IMG/VR virus record: IMGVR_UViG_3300034122_001045
Origin: a virus
Taxonomy: Duplodnaviria > Heunggongvirae > Uroviricota > Caudoviricetes
Length of the DNA: 51,194 bases
Strand: one strand, 5' to 3'
Part shown: positions 41,000 to 50,694 of the stretch, piece by piece
Position numbering within the stretch: position 1 is the stretch's first letter
How the letters are laid out: every line of letters starts with the position of its first letter
Made by a program: the position numbers and the translations under genes
The notes under the pieces: model-generated
What the model was told of the DNA's origin: nothing
Seen by the model: only the letters and a program-made list of their open reading frames with translations
Databases searched by the model: none

Positions 41000-42801
41000 T
41001 GAGTAATGCAATTAACGAGTTGAAGAAAATGCTTCTTGAAGCAGCAGCTGCACAGAAGAAGTCTCAAGAGCCAAATCTTAAAGAAGAAATTATAATTGCG
41101 CCTACGGCCATTGAGGAAGAAGACGTTGTAAAAAAGACGATGCACTATTTAAATAGTCCACGTAAATCCGAACCTATTGTACGTAATGTGGCTGAAAATA
41201 TAGAAACTCAAAGATGGAACGATCCTCTTCGAAGAGAACCTAGCGAAAAATTTGTAACATTTAAAGAAATGAACGATCATTACGGTTTGTTCTTACAGCG
41301 CATTCAACAACAAATGTCGTCAATCGGTGGTGGCGGTGAAGTTAACTTTTCTAGATTAGATGATATTAATTCAGCAACTGTGGGCACAAACAAGTATCTA
41401 ACTTACGATCAAGCTACCAAAAAATTCATCTTTGATACGATAGAAACTGGCGATGGTCTTTACTTAAATGGCAGTAATGAAGTTTCTCTTTCTGTTGCTT
41501 CATCAAGTGATCTTGGCGGGATAAAAATAGGTACTGCATTTACGATAGATGGATCCGATAGACTTCAACTGAACGCGGCAACTAATGATATAATAGGCGG
41601 TGTTAGATTAGGACCCGGTGTCACTACCAATAACCAAGGCCAAATTATCATTAGCTCTGAAGGGCTCGATTTTAGTTTCGGTGACTTCCAAGCAACAGTT
41701 CCAGCTAATGGTGCTGCTACATTAAGTTCAGTGAATCTTGGTCAAAACATTGATATAGTATCATCAGCCAATGGTGTTATTAATGTTATCGGCAATTTTC
41801 ATGTGCATACACCAGATACATATGATCCAATCGACCCGGATGCAAATGGCGCCGTTTTTAGAGTAGACGAATCCGGCAAAGTTCGTATACTTGTGCCGAA
41901 CGCTAATAGTAGTGAAGGCGCTGTTGAAATTATTGGTGGTTCGGGCGGAGTTTTCCAATCGCCAGTTAACACTGGAGTTATGTTACACGTTACAGGTATT
42001 GCCGGGTCACCTGGCGTACCTAGTAGAATATACAATGACTCACAAAATGCATTTTCTGCGTTTGTTTCGAGAAGATATAATAATACCGCAGCATCACCAT
42101 CCGCGGTGTTGGCCGATGAAGAAATTATGCGTCTCAGCGGTACCGCACATAATGGCACGATAATACCAGGAACAGCCAATCAACGTATTGTCTATAAGGC
42201 GTTAGGTAACCAAACCTTAACTAATCAAGGCGGTTATATTGAATTGTGGGCTACTCCGATAAACACCACGACATTAGCTAAAATTGCCACTGTGGACAGT
42301 ACAGGTATTACACTTGAATCAGGTAAGGTATTAACAGGTAATGTGTCAGGCTCTGCCGGTTCAGTTGCTGCTGCAAACGTTACTGGCACAACATTAGCAA
42401 GCAATGTAGTTACAAGTAGTTTGACTAGTGTGGGCACATTGGGTAGCTTAACCGTCACAAATCTTGTTACTGCTAGAAACTATCACGGTCAATCTCGTGA
42501 TGCTGGAACACTAGGTGCGGCAGGCACGCTGACTATTGACTTTGCTACAGATCATAATGTGTTAGTTGAACTTACTACTACTGCGGTCATTGCGTTCTCT
42601 AATATTACAGCAGGCAAGACTGTGACCGTATTGGTTAAGAATGATACTGGTAGCAATCGTGCTGTGACAACAGGCGTTAACGCTGGCAATCACACTGGGA
42701 ATAACACTGCTCCTAACGTCAATGATGGTAGAACTGGTGTGTTTATCTATCGCACATTTGGCACAGCAACCGGTGATGTCTATGTTGAGATCAGCGTTTA
42801 A
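40987..42801 (+). CDS. Virion structural, tail-fibre-like protein
   Basis: Gly/Thr/Ser-rich; LGGIKIG and IGGVRLG repeats; beta-rich C-terminal domain. Confidence 0.7.
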   Translation: MATIMSNAINELKKMLLEAAAAQKKSQEPNLKEEIIIAPTAIEEEDVVKKTMHYLNSPRKSEPIVRNVAENIETQRWNDPLRREPSEKFVTFKEMNDHYGLFLQRIQQQMSSIGGGGEVNFSRLDDINSATVGTNKYLTYDQATKKFIFDTIETGDGLYLNGSNEVSLSVASSSDLGGIKIGTAFTIDGSDRLQLNAATNDIIGGVRLGPGVTTNNQGQIIISSEGLDFSFGDFQATVPANGAATLSSVNLGQNIDIVSSANGVINVIGNFHVHTPDTYDPIDPDANGAVFRVDESGKVRILVPNANSSEGAVEIIGGSGGVFQSPVNTGVMLHVTGIAGSPGVPSRIYNDSQNAFSAFVSRRYNNTAASPSAVLADEEIMRLSGTAHNGTIIPGTANQRIVYKALGNQTLTNQGGYIELWATPINTTTLAKIATVDSTGITLESGKVLTGNVSGSAGSVAAANVTGTTLASNVVTSSLTSVGTLGSLTVTNLVTARNYHGQSRDAGTLGAAGTLTIDFATDHNVLVELTTTAVIAFSNITAGKTVTVLVKNDTGSNRAVTTGVNAGNHTGNNTAPNVNDGRTGVFIYRTFGTATGDVYVEISV

Positions 42802-42999
42802 TTATGTATAGAAAATATAACAACGTTGTGTACGTCACAGAACACAGACCCAGACGACTCTAAAGGCCGCAACGATCAACCCGTTTAAAAGCAGTTGAAG
42901 ATAATCTTGCCGAGGTAAGCGAATAGTAGCTATAACATAACCGAATACCGGCTATTCTAAATAGGTAAACCTTTTTTACCTATTTTAGTAAACTATTCC

Positions 43000-43007
43000 T
43001 ATAAATA
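43000..43007 (+). promoter_or_regulatory. T4-type late promoter
   Basis: TATAAATA; preceded by a 10-bp inverted repeat AAATAGGTAA/TTACCTATTT. Confidence 0.6.
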
Positions 43008-43075
43008 ATATCATTAAATCTGTGGTAATTCTACTACGGGCAACAAAATACACACACATTGAAAGAGAGAAAATA

Positions 43076-43243
43076 ATGCTAACGCTAAGACTTTTTGATG
43101 GTCTAATAAAAACCGCGCACCGTTCAGAATCTGATAAAGAACTTGCTACTTGGGCTCGCACCGAGTATAAAGCTGATGCCGACTATGCATACTTCCATAT
43201 GAAGCAGTATGGTGTCGCACCAAGACTAGGGGTGTCAGTATGA
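43076..43243 (+). CDS. Small hypothetical protein
   Basis: GAGAG RBS; WARTEY motif. Confidence 0.6.
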   Translation: MLTLRLFDGLIKTAHRSESDKELATWARTEYKADADYAYFHMKQYGVAPRLGVSV

Positions 43244-43410
43244 TATCCCTACTCGTTAAGTGGTATTCTAGAAACAGAACCTATAGAAAAACCTACAAAG
43301 AACTCAGTTCTTTAACCATACATCAGCTCAAAGATCTAGGATTACATTATAGTTCTATCGATCAAATCGCGTTTGAAGCTGCGTATGGTAAGGAGGCTCG
43401 CGGTGTTTAA
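43240..43410 (+). CDS. DUF1127 (YjiS-like) small protein
   Basis: RTYRKTYKELSSLTIHQLKDLGLHYSSI matches the R..R.T..EL..L..H.L.D.G pattern; absent from the ORF track. Confidence 0.7.
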   Translation: MISLLVKWYSRNRTYRKTYKELSSLTIHQLKDLGLHYSSIDQIAFEAAYGKEARGV

Positions 43411-43573
43411 TTTTAAAAATTTATTTAAAGTAAGAACCGAAAAAGATAATATTGATGAATATCTTGCAGACTCTTCTGATCTTGCTGACCTAGAGAACCG
43501 TATTCGAAGAATCGATCGCCAAGAAGCTCCGTGGCAGATCAAATCAAATCAGAATTTAGTAGGGTGGGCATGA
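43403..43573 (+). CDS. DUF3563-like small protein
   Basis: GGAGG RBS with GTG; EYLADSSDLADLENRIRRIDR. Confidence 0.6.
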   Translation: MFNFKNLFKVRTEKDNIDEYLADSSDLADLENRIRRIDRQEAPWQIKSNQNLVGWA

Positions 43574-43667
43574 TGATAGATCCAGATCACACCTTCCACA
43601 AAGATAACACCGAAAAGAAAAAGGGCGGAAAGTAAGAGTAAATCTTATTTGTATCGTTTGAATAAAT

Positions 43668-43715
43668 AAAGGAGGATACAGTCCTCCTTTTAAAGGAGGA
43701 TACAGTCCTCCTTTT
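43668..43715 (+). repeat. Tandem 24-bp duplication of a terminator
   Basis: AAAGGAGGATACAGTCCTCCTTTT twice. Confidence 0.95.
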
Positions 43716-43739
43716 TTATTATCTAAAACTGAGTTAACG

Positions 43740-44285
43740 ATGAAAGAATGGTTCGCAGGAAAAACTGTTGCGGTTGTTGGTAATGCGGCTTCGCTCTTAC
43801 AACAAAAGTACGGTAAAGAAATAGATCGAGCAGAAGTAGTGGTTCGTATCAACCGTGGTGGATATCGCTTCACCGAGTTTCCATCTCAGATGGGATCGCG
43901 TCTTGATATCTGGTGTATGCAGAACATTAACCAAAACAAAGCATACTTTAATAAACCTCATACAAGACACGTACGTAAGATGCAGATGGATACTGTAGAC
44001 GTATCCCCATTGCATATAGAGATGGCAGATCTGGTGTTCTCTGATGAGGATAGAAAGCAGTTAGACGGTAACTTGCCAAAGAAATCTTCGACTGGTCTAA
44101 GAGTCTTATACTATATAAAGAAGCAGAACCCACAAAAAGTTTTTGCATATGGCTTCGATTGGAAAGCATCTTATTCCTGGCACGAGAGAAGAAAATGTAT
44201 CGCTCATGACTTTGGAACAGAACGAAATTACTGTTTGAATAACATATTTAACGATGATACATTTTTACTTAGAGGTTCATCGTGA
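43740..44285 (+). CDS. GT29 (sialyl/Kdo transferase)-like protein
   Basis: AVVGNA..L..KYG.EID.A.VVVRIN; STG..; AYGFD. Confidence 0.7.
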   Translation: MKEWFAGKTVAVVGNAASLLQQKYGKEIDRAEVVVRINRGGYRFTEFPSQMGSRLDIWCMQNINQNKAYFNKPHTRHVRKMQMDTVDVSPLHIEMADLVFSDEDRKQLDGNLPKKSSTGLRVLYYIKKQNPQKVFAYGFDWKASYSWHERRKCIAHDFGTERNYCLNNIFNDDTFLLRGSS

Positions 44286-45184
44286 TTACATCTTCTATAT
44301 TTTACAAAACTCTAAAGTCTGATAGAAAAGATGAAAGATTTGAGGCAATTCAAAAAACATTTCCAAATTGCTCTGTCGTGAAAAACTCGGTTTGGAATAA
44401 ATGCAATCTTGCTATCATACAGGGATGGCCAAAGCCAGGATCCGATACACCTCATAATATGTTTAGAAGATACGTCATAGAAAAACAGAAAAACCATTGC
44501 GGCCACATTTTAACTGTTGATGGGAACATCTTTAATTATCTAAGTAAAAACATTTATTTTAGATACAGCATGAACGGCATATTTGCAAACACTGGTTATT
44601 ATTTTGATAAAGAGATAGATCCAAACAGATGGACTAATATAAGTAAGGTAACCGAATGCAAACTTAAACCTTGGAGAAAAACCGGAGATCATATTCTCAT
44701 ACTTATGCAAAAGAGTTCCGGTTGGACTATGTGTGGTTTAGACGGATTAAAGTGGTGCACTTCAACGATAAAAAAGATAAGGGAATATTCCGATAGAGAT
44801 ATTGTCATTCGATTACACCCAACCGATAATCATTTAGTAAATGGATACATTAGTAACTTAGAAAAAAGTAGAGTAACCATATCGAGAAATAAAAGCATTT
44901 TAGAAGATTTAAAAAACGCATGGTGTTCCATTACATATAACAGTTCTCCTGGAGCCGTTAGCGCGATTGAAGGCGTTCCGGTGTTTATCATGGACCCGGA
45001 TTGGAAAAAGAGCCCGGTGGCAGATGTTGGAAATTATGACATGTCAATGTTAGAAAGTCCATATATAATAGATAGAGAAACTTGGATCCAAAAGATAGCA
45101 ATGTCTCATTACAGTATTCAAGATATAAAAGATGGCCTCCTGTGGAAAGAAGTATCAAAATATTTAGACGTAGGTAAGATATGA
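44282..45184 (+). CDS. Capsule-synthesis (KpsS-like) GT-B protein
   Basis: IVIRLHP, TYNSSPG..SAIEGVPV. Confidence 0.55.
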   Translation: MITSSIFYKTLKSDRKDERFEAIQKTFPNCSVVKNSVWNKCNLAIIQGWPKPGSDTPHNMFRRYVIEKQKNHCGHILTVDGNIFNYLSKNIYFRYSMNGIFANTGYYFDKEIDPNRWTNISKVTECKLKPWRKTGDHILILMQKSSGWTMCGLDGLKWCTSTIKKIREYSDRDIVIRLHPTDNHLVNGYISNLEKSRVTISRNKSILEDLKNAWCSITYNSSPGAVSAIEGVPVFIMDPDWKKSPVADVGNYDMSMLESPYIIDRETWIQKIAMSHYSIQDIKDGLLWKEVSKYLDVGKI

Positions 45185-45972
45185 AAAGAATTAATGCAGT
45201 AACTTGTTATAATACAAGCGGGTTCAGAGAGACTGGATCGCTGCTCATCAATGGGTTTATTCGATACTGGCCAAAAGAAGTATCATTAACTGTGTATGTT
45301 GACGACCCTATTCCAAAGAACGAACTCATTCGAGACGAGAGAGTTACATATAAGATATTAAATCAGAAAGATCTAATAGCTTTTAAAGAAAGACACGCGA
45401 ACAACTTGGAAGCAAATGGTCTCGGAAGTAAATCTGAAGCAGGTCAGAAAAATTACAGATACGACGCAGTAAGATTTAGTCATAAAGTGTTTGCTTTGTT
45501 CCAATTCCTTGAAGAGAACGATACAGATGTTCTTATATGGTTAGATGGCGATAGCAGAACTCATTCATCTGTCTCTGTAAATGATATTAACAGTTGGTGC
45601 CCAAACGAAAAGTTCGCTGGATATCTTGCCCGCCCTTGGATGTACACTGAAACTGGTTTTCATATCTTAAATACGAAACATCCAATATCCAAAGAGTTTC
45701 TTAATGCTTGGAAGCAATACTATATTGATGATAGTATCTTTCGCCTTGATATGTGGACGGATTGTCATACTTATGATGCAGCAAAGACAAAGTTTAACGA
45801 TGATCACTGGTATAACCTTAGCCCACCAATTAAGAATAATCATCCTTTCATTAACGGGCCTCTCGGTATGTTTATGGACCATATGAAGGGTCCTCGTAAA
45901 AAGAAAGGGACTAGTAATAAGAGGGATCTAGTCGTAAAGAGAAACACAGAATACTGGAACAAAGTAAAATGA
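45181..45972 (+). CDS. GT-A glycosyltransferase-like protein
   Basis: RFSHKV, LIWLDGD, ETGF, WTDC, DHMKG. Confidence 0.65.
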   Translation: MKRINAVTCYNTSGFRETGSLLINGFIRYWPKEVSLTVYVDDPIPKNELIRDERVTYKILNQKDLIAFKERHANNLEANGLGSKSEAGQKNYRYDAVRFSHKVFALFQFLEENDTDVLIWLDGDSRTHSSVSVNDINSWCPNEKFAGYLARPWMYTETGFHILNTKHPISKEFLNAWKQYYIDDSIFRLDMWTDCHTYDAAKTKFNDDHWYNLSPPIKNNHPFINGPLGMFMDHMKGPRKKKGTSNKRDLVVKRNTEYWNKVK

Positions 45973-46850
45973 TGTGCGCATTTCTTTCAGGAAAAAAAGA
46001 CCAAGACTCGTATGTTAAATCTTTTGGTTACACAAACGAAGCAAAAATTGTTTATACACGTCATCATGTATACAAACACCAAACTTCACGGCATGCACCA
46101 CCGCATCTAAGAATTAAAAAGCTATTACCTAGTTATGAATCTGTGGTATTTGCTGGTCTGCTAAGAGGAAACGCTCATATTTTGGATATGGCCGTGAATG
46201 ATAATATGAATTTCTATTACATAGATCACGCATACTTTAAACCAGGTTATAGATATCCAAACTGGATGAGAGTTGTAAAAAACGGATTTGTTCAGAATAC
46301 CATATTACCTGATGTTAACAGTGATCGTTTAAAACTATTTGATATTAACTTTTTAGACTATAATTTTAACAAGAAACAAAATATTGTCGTGTTTCCACCG
46401 AGCGATACCGTTGCTCGAGTATTCAATCATACAAACTGGGAAGCTGAAACTATAGAAAAAATAAAACAATACACGGATAGGCCGATCGTAGTTAGAAGAA
46501 AGACCGGGCCTGTCATGGATAATCTAATGATTAATGTTAAGTACGAAGAAAAACACGATTACGAAGAATCTCTTGACGATGTTCTAAACAATGCTTACTG
46601 CGTAGTTGCTTTCAATAGTGCAGTAGCTCTTACGGCATTGGAAAGAGGAATACCTGTGATATGTGAAAGATACTGTGCCGCGTTTCCGTTAACCCATTCA
46701 TTTGAAGAGATAGAGCATTTAAAAGAAAAAGAAAGGTTTCATCTATTCGCGAGTCTTGCGTGGGGTCAGTTTACGATGGAAGAAATAAAAGACAAGAAAA
46801 CATTCAAATTCATAAACGGTGCAACACAATGGAAGGGACCTATAAAATGA
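45969..46850 (+). CDS. Capsule-synthesis (KpsS-like) GT-B protein
   Basis: YYIDHAYF, VFPPS, VAFNSAVA..ALERGIPV. Confidence 0.55.
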   Translation: MMCAFLSGKKDQDSYVKSFGYTNEAKIVYTRHHVYKHQTSRHAPPHLRIKKLLPSYESVVFAGLLRGNAHILDMAVNDNMNFYYIDHAYFKPGYRYPNWMRVVKNGFVQNTILPDVNSDRLKLFDINFLDYNFNKKQNIVVFPPSDTVARVFNHTNWEAETIEKIKQYTDRPIVVRRKTGPVMDNLMINVKYEEKHDYEESLDDVLNNAYCVVAFNSAVALTALERGIPVICERYCAAFPLTHSFEEIEHLKEKERFHLFASLAWGQFTMEEIKDKKTFKFINGATQWKGPIK

Positions 46851-48007
46851 AATACAAACTTGCGAGTGATACTTGGGGCCAGGAAGAAATAGATGCTATT
46901 CATCGAGTAATCGCAAGTGGGCGATATACTATGGGTGAAGAGGTTAAGAAGTTTGAAAAGCAATTCGCTAAGTTCTTCGGTAGTAAATATGCAGTCATGA
47001 CGAATAGCGGAAGTAGTGCTAACTTAATAGCACTTGCTGCGCTCGCTCTCAATCCTAAGTACAAGAATAAAGGAAACATCGTTGTTCCTGCTGTGAGTTG
47101 GAGTACAACGTATTTCCCAGTACATCAGTGGGGATATAAGCTTCGCTTTGTTGATGTTGATCCTAACACGTTCAATATTAATACAAAGAAAGTGATTGCG
47201 GCGATCGATGAAGATACGGCAGCCGTATTTGTTGTGAACCTACTAGGTAACCCAGCAGAACTTGAAGAACTTAAGACGATATGCGACGAACGCAGCATTG
47301 CTCTTCTTGAGGATAACTGTGAGAGTCTAGGAGCTTGGGAAGGTTCATCATTCTGTGGATCCATTGGTGAGATGGGCACGTTTAGTTTCTTCTTTAGCCA
47401 TCATATGCAGACTATGGAAGGCGGAATGGTTCTTACGAACGACGACCTAACATACGAGTATCTAAAGAGTCTGAGAGCTCACGGTTGGATACGTGATATG
47501 TCTGAAGGTAGTACTCTACATCAGAAAACTGGCGATCCGTTCGAGGATAGCTTTAAGTTTGTTCTTCCTGGTTACTGTGTTCGTCCGCTTGAGATGAGCG
47601 GCGCCGTTGGGCAAGAGCAACTCAGGAAGTGGCCAGATATGATGACGAAGCGTAGACAGAACGCGACCGCAGCCAAAGCCGCATTTCGTAACGTCCCTGG
47701 TATTAGATTACAATCAGAACATGGTACCAGTAGTTGGTTTGGTTTTGGATTAGTCCTAGAAGGACATCTAAAGGGAAGAAGAAAAGAAGTCATTCAGATC
47801 CTCACAGAGAATGAAGTTGAAACTAGACCGATCGTAGCAGGAAACTTTATGAAGAACCCAGTGATCAATCTTTTGAACTGGGATAGTGTTGGAACGTTTG
47901 AAGGTGCGGATGATCTTCATGAAAATGGATTCTTTATAGGAAACGACTGTGTTAACTTGGTCGATAATATAAACATGGTCGCAGATATAATAAGGAACAT
48001 AAAATGA
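46847..48007 (+). CDS. colD: PLP enzyme of the DegT/DnrJ family, ColD-like GDP-4-keto-6-deoxymannose 3-dehydratase
   Basis: NSGSSANL, EDNCES.G, FSFFFSHHMQTMEGG with His where aminotransferases have the Schiff-base Lys. Confidence 0.8.
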   Translation: MKYKLASDTWGQEEIDAIHRVIASGRYTMGEEVKKFEKQFAKFFGSKYAVMTNSGSSANLIALAALALNPKYKNKGNIVVPAVSWSTTYFPVHQWGYKLRFVDVDPNTFNINTKKVIAAIDEDTAAVFVVNLLGNPAELEELKTICDERSIALLEDNCESLGAWEGSSFCGSIGEMGTFSFFFSHHMQTMEGGMVLTNDDLTYEYLKSLRAHGWIRDMSEGSTLHQKTGDPFEDSFKFVLPGYCVRPLEMSGAVGQEQLRKWPDMMTKRRQNATAAKAAFRNVPGIRLQSEHGTSSWFGFGLVLEGHLKGRRKEVIQILTENEVETRPIVAGNFMKNPVINLLNWDSVGTFEGADDLHENGFFIGNDCVNLVDNINMVADIIRNIK

Positions 48008-48981
48008 AGACTGCGCTAATTACAGGATTCCCTGGCCAAGATGCATGTTACCTTGCTGATTTCTTGTTAGAAAAAGGTTACGTTGTATACGGAGTCGTTA
48101 AGAGATATACAAGTCCAAATTGGAGCAACATAGAGTTTCTAGATTTATTTAGTAAGGGTCTTAAGACAATCGTAGGAGATGTTACTGATCCATGTAGCCT
48201 GATGGATGTAATGGAGATAGTGCAACCCGACGAGTTCTACAACCTCGCAGCACAGAGCTTCGTTGGTGGATCTTGGAGACTTGCTTATGTAACTACTCAC
48301 GTTGATGCGCTCGGTCCTCTTAATTGTCTTGAGGCAATTCGTCGTATCAAACCTGATACTAAGTTCTATCAAGCTGGTACGAGCGAGATGTTTGGAAACA
48401 GTAGTATAGACGGAAGGCAGACAGAAAAGACACCTTTCGAACCAGTAAGTCCATACGGCATTGCTAAACTCTATGGATACCACATTACACGAAACTATAG
48501 AGAGAGCTACGATGCTTTTGCCTGCACAGGTATTCTATTCAATCACGAGTCTCCTATTCGTGGAATAGAGTTCGTCTCAAGAAAGATAACCGACGGCGTT
48601 GCAAGAATCGTAACTGGAAAGGGTGATAAGATTATCCTTGGTAACCTAGATGCAGAACGCGATTGGGGTCATGCAAAGGATTACGTACGTGCTCAGTGGT
48701 TAATGTTGCAACAGGACAAACCTGAAGACTTTATCATTGCAACTGGAGTTAAACACAGCGTAAGGGATCTATGCAGGATCGCGTTCTTGGCGGCTGGGAT
48801 ATCAAACTGGGAAGACTATGTAGTATCCGATAATGAATTCCAAAGACCGAATGAGCTTCACAGCCTACACGCAGACTCGGACAAAGCAAAGAGACTACTT
48901 GGTTGGGAACCAAAGTATTCGTTTGAGTCTATGATATGCGAGATGGTCGCATGCGATATTGAAAGACACAGTATAACATGA
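48004..48981 (+). CDS. gmd: GDP-mannose 4,6-dehydratase
   Basis: ALITG.PGQDA.YLA, NLAAQSFV, QAGTSEMFG, SPYGIAKLY, LFNHESP.RG.EFV, RDWGHAKDY. Confidence 0.95.
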   Translation: MKTALITGFPGQDACYLADFLLEKGYVVYGVVKRYTSPNWSNIEFLDLFSKGLKTIVGDVTDPCSLMDVMEIVQPDEFYNLAAQSFVGGSWRLAYVTTHVDALGPLNCLEAIRRIKPDTKFYQAGTSEMFGNSSIDGRQTEKTPFEPVSPYGIAKLYGYHITRNYRESYDAFACTGILFNHESPIRGIEFVSRKITDGVARIVTGKGDKIILGNLDAERDWGHAKDYVRAQWLMLQQDKPEDFIIATGVKHSVRDLCRIAFLAAGISNWEDYVVSDNEFQRPNELHSLHADSDKAKRLLGWEPKYSFESMICEMVACDIERHSIT

Positions 48982-49520
48982 AGGTAGTAGTAACTGGTCA
49001 TACTAGCGGTCTTGGCAAGACGCTATACGATAGACTATCAGAGAAACATCACACAATAGGTCTCAGTAGGTCAAACGGACACAATCTTTCAAATGGTGTC
49101 GAGTCATTTTTAATAGAAAATTTTGATGTCTATATTAATAACGCGTATCATGCTTATGCGCAAGTTGATCTATTATATAAGTTATTTGAACAAAATAAAT
49201 ATAGAAACTGCACAATCATTAACATTGGAAGTGTAAGCGCTGACGGTAATAAAGACACCGTTAATGAATATGCTATTCATAAATCTGCATTGGAAAAAGC
49301 TTGTTCTCAGCTTCAGTTAATTGACACCGGCTGCAAAGTCATTCATTTAAAACTTGGAAGAATGAACACTCCAATGACGGATTCCAAAAAAGAATACCCA
49401 CGCATAGATACGGATTACATCGCAAATGTAGTTGAGTGGATGCTACACCAACCCGAAAAAATGTTCTTTAAGAACTTAACGATAGATATAATGCATAGTA
49501 GAAGAAAGGAAGCGTCATGA
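48978..49520 (+). CDS. Short-chain dehydrogenase/reductase (paralog of 19468)
   Basis: TGHTSGLG, INNA, NIGS, YAIHK. Confidence 0.8.
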   Translation: MKVVVTGHTSGLGKTLYDRLSEKHHTIGLSRSNGHNLSNGVESFLIENFDVYINNAYHAYAQVDLLYKLFEQNKYRNCTIINIGSVSADGNKDTVNEYAIHKSALEKACSQLQLIDTGCKVIHLKLGRMNTPMTDSKKEYPRIDTDYIANVVEWMLHQPEKMFFKNLTIDIMHSRRKEAS

Positions 49521-50194
49521 TACCAATTTTTATTGGTTTTGATAAGAGAGAATCAGCAGCTTATCACGTGTGTTCAAACTCAATTATGAGACTGTCCACA
49601 TCGCCAATTAGTTTAAATCCTCTATCACTCAATCTCTTGAGCGGATACGAAGAAAAGCATACTGATGGCAGCAATCACTTCATATACAGTCGCTTTCTTA
49701 TTCCGCACCTAATGAACTATAAGGGTTGGGCTTTGTTCCTTGACGGAGATATGATTCTTCGTGACGACATTACAGAGTTGTGGAATATGCGTGACGAGAC
49801 GAAAGCCGTCATGGTCGTAAAACACGACTATAAGACTCGCATGGAAGAAAAGTATCTTGGTGCAAAGAATGAAAATTATCCTCGCAAAAATTGGTCAAGT
49901 GTGATACTATGGAACTGTGGACACGAGGCGAATCGAGTTGTGACTCCCGAGTTTGTGCAGAATGCGACAGGTGCAGTCGTTCATCGTTTCACTTGGCTAG
50001 ACGATAGTCTAATTGGAGAACTGCCTATCGAATGGAACTGGCTACCTGACGAATTTGGAGAGAACAAGAATGCAAAGCTTCTTCACTATACATTAGGAAC
50101 TCCGTGCTTCCATGACTTCGCTACAACACCAATGGCTGATGAATGGCATAGAGAAAGAATCTACATGAACTACAGTCTTCAGAGAGGATTATGA
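49517..50194 (+). CDS. GT8-like glycosyltransferase
   Basis: IFIGFD.RE, F.YSRFL.P, FLDGDM, YPRKNWSS, LLHYT.G.P. Confidence 0.8.
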   Translation: MIPIFIGFDKRESAAYHVCSNSIMRLSTSPISLNPLSLNLLSGYEEKHTDGSNHFIYSRFLIPHLMNYKGWALFLDGDMILRDDITELWNMRDETKAVMVVKHDYKTRMEEKYLGAKNENYPRKNWSSVILWNCGHEANRVVTPEFVQNATGAVVHRFTWLDDSLIGELPIEWNWLPDEFGENKNAKLLHYTLGTPCFHDFATTPMADEWHRERIYMNYSLQRGL

Positions 50195-50694
50195 GAGAAG
50201 TATTTGAAGGTAAGACTGTGTCTATAGTCGGAAACGCAAGAAGTCTTTTTGATAAAACATATGGTAAAGAAATAGACTCTGCACAGGTCGTTTGCAGGAT
50301 CAAACGTGGCTTCTTTATGTTAAAACCAGAAGATATTAAGTCTCATGGTAAGAGAACAGATGTCTGGTTTTTAAACTGGTTTAAGACTATGAAGCCAAAT
50401 AGAGTTACGAATAAAACTTGTGATCATATAGTTGAGATACTGCATCATCCTGAGATAGACGTCGAGTGGTTAAGAAACGATCTCGGTCATCATCGCCCAT
50501 CAACAGGATTGAGGATACTTCATTTGATCTCTCTTTACAATCCAGATCAAGTAAACGTATATGGTTACGACTGGAAAGCGACTTCTTCTTTTCACGATAG
50601 AAAACTTCACGACGACCGACATGATTTCGCTCTTGAAAAGCAATACTGCATAAATAAATTTTTCAGCAACAAAAAGTTTGTGTTAAGACAATGA
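50191..50694 (+). CDS. GT29-like protein (paralog 2)
   Basis: SIVGNARSL..YGKEIDS..V.CRI; PSTG; VYGYD. Confidence 0.7.
   Translation: MREVFEGKTVSIVGNARSLFDKTYGKEIDSAQVVCRIKRGFFMLKPEDIKSHGKRTDVWFLNWFKTMKPNRVTNKTCDHIVEILHHPEIDVEWLRNDLGHHRPSTGLRILHLISLYNPDQVNVYGYDWKATSSFHDRKLHDDRHDFALEKQYCINKFFSNKKFVLRQ

Noticed and set aside
42804-42930. Short ORF MYRKYNNVVYVTEHRPRRL followed in frame after TAA by about 20 more codons (possible pseudogene)
   Set aside because: No clear RBS or recognisable motif; cannot be supported without homologs.
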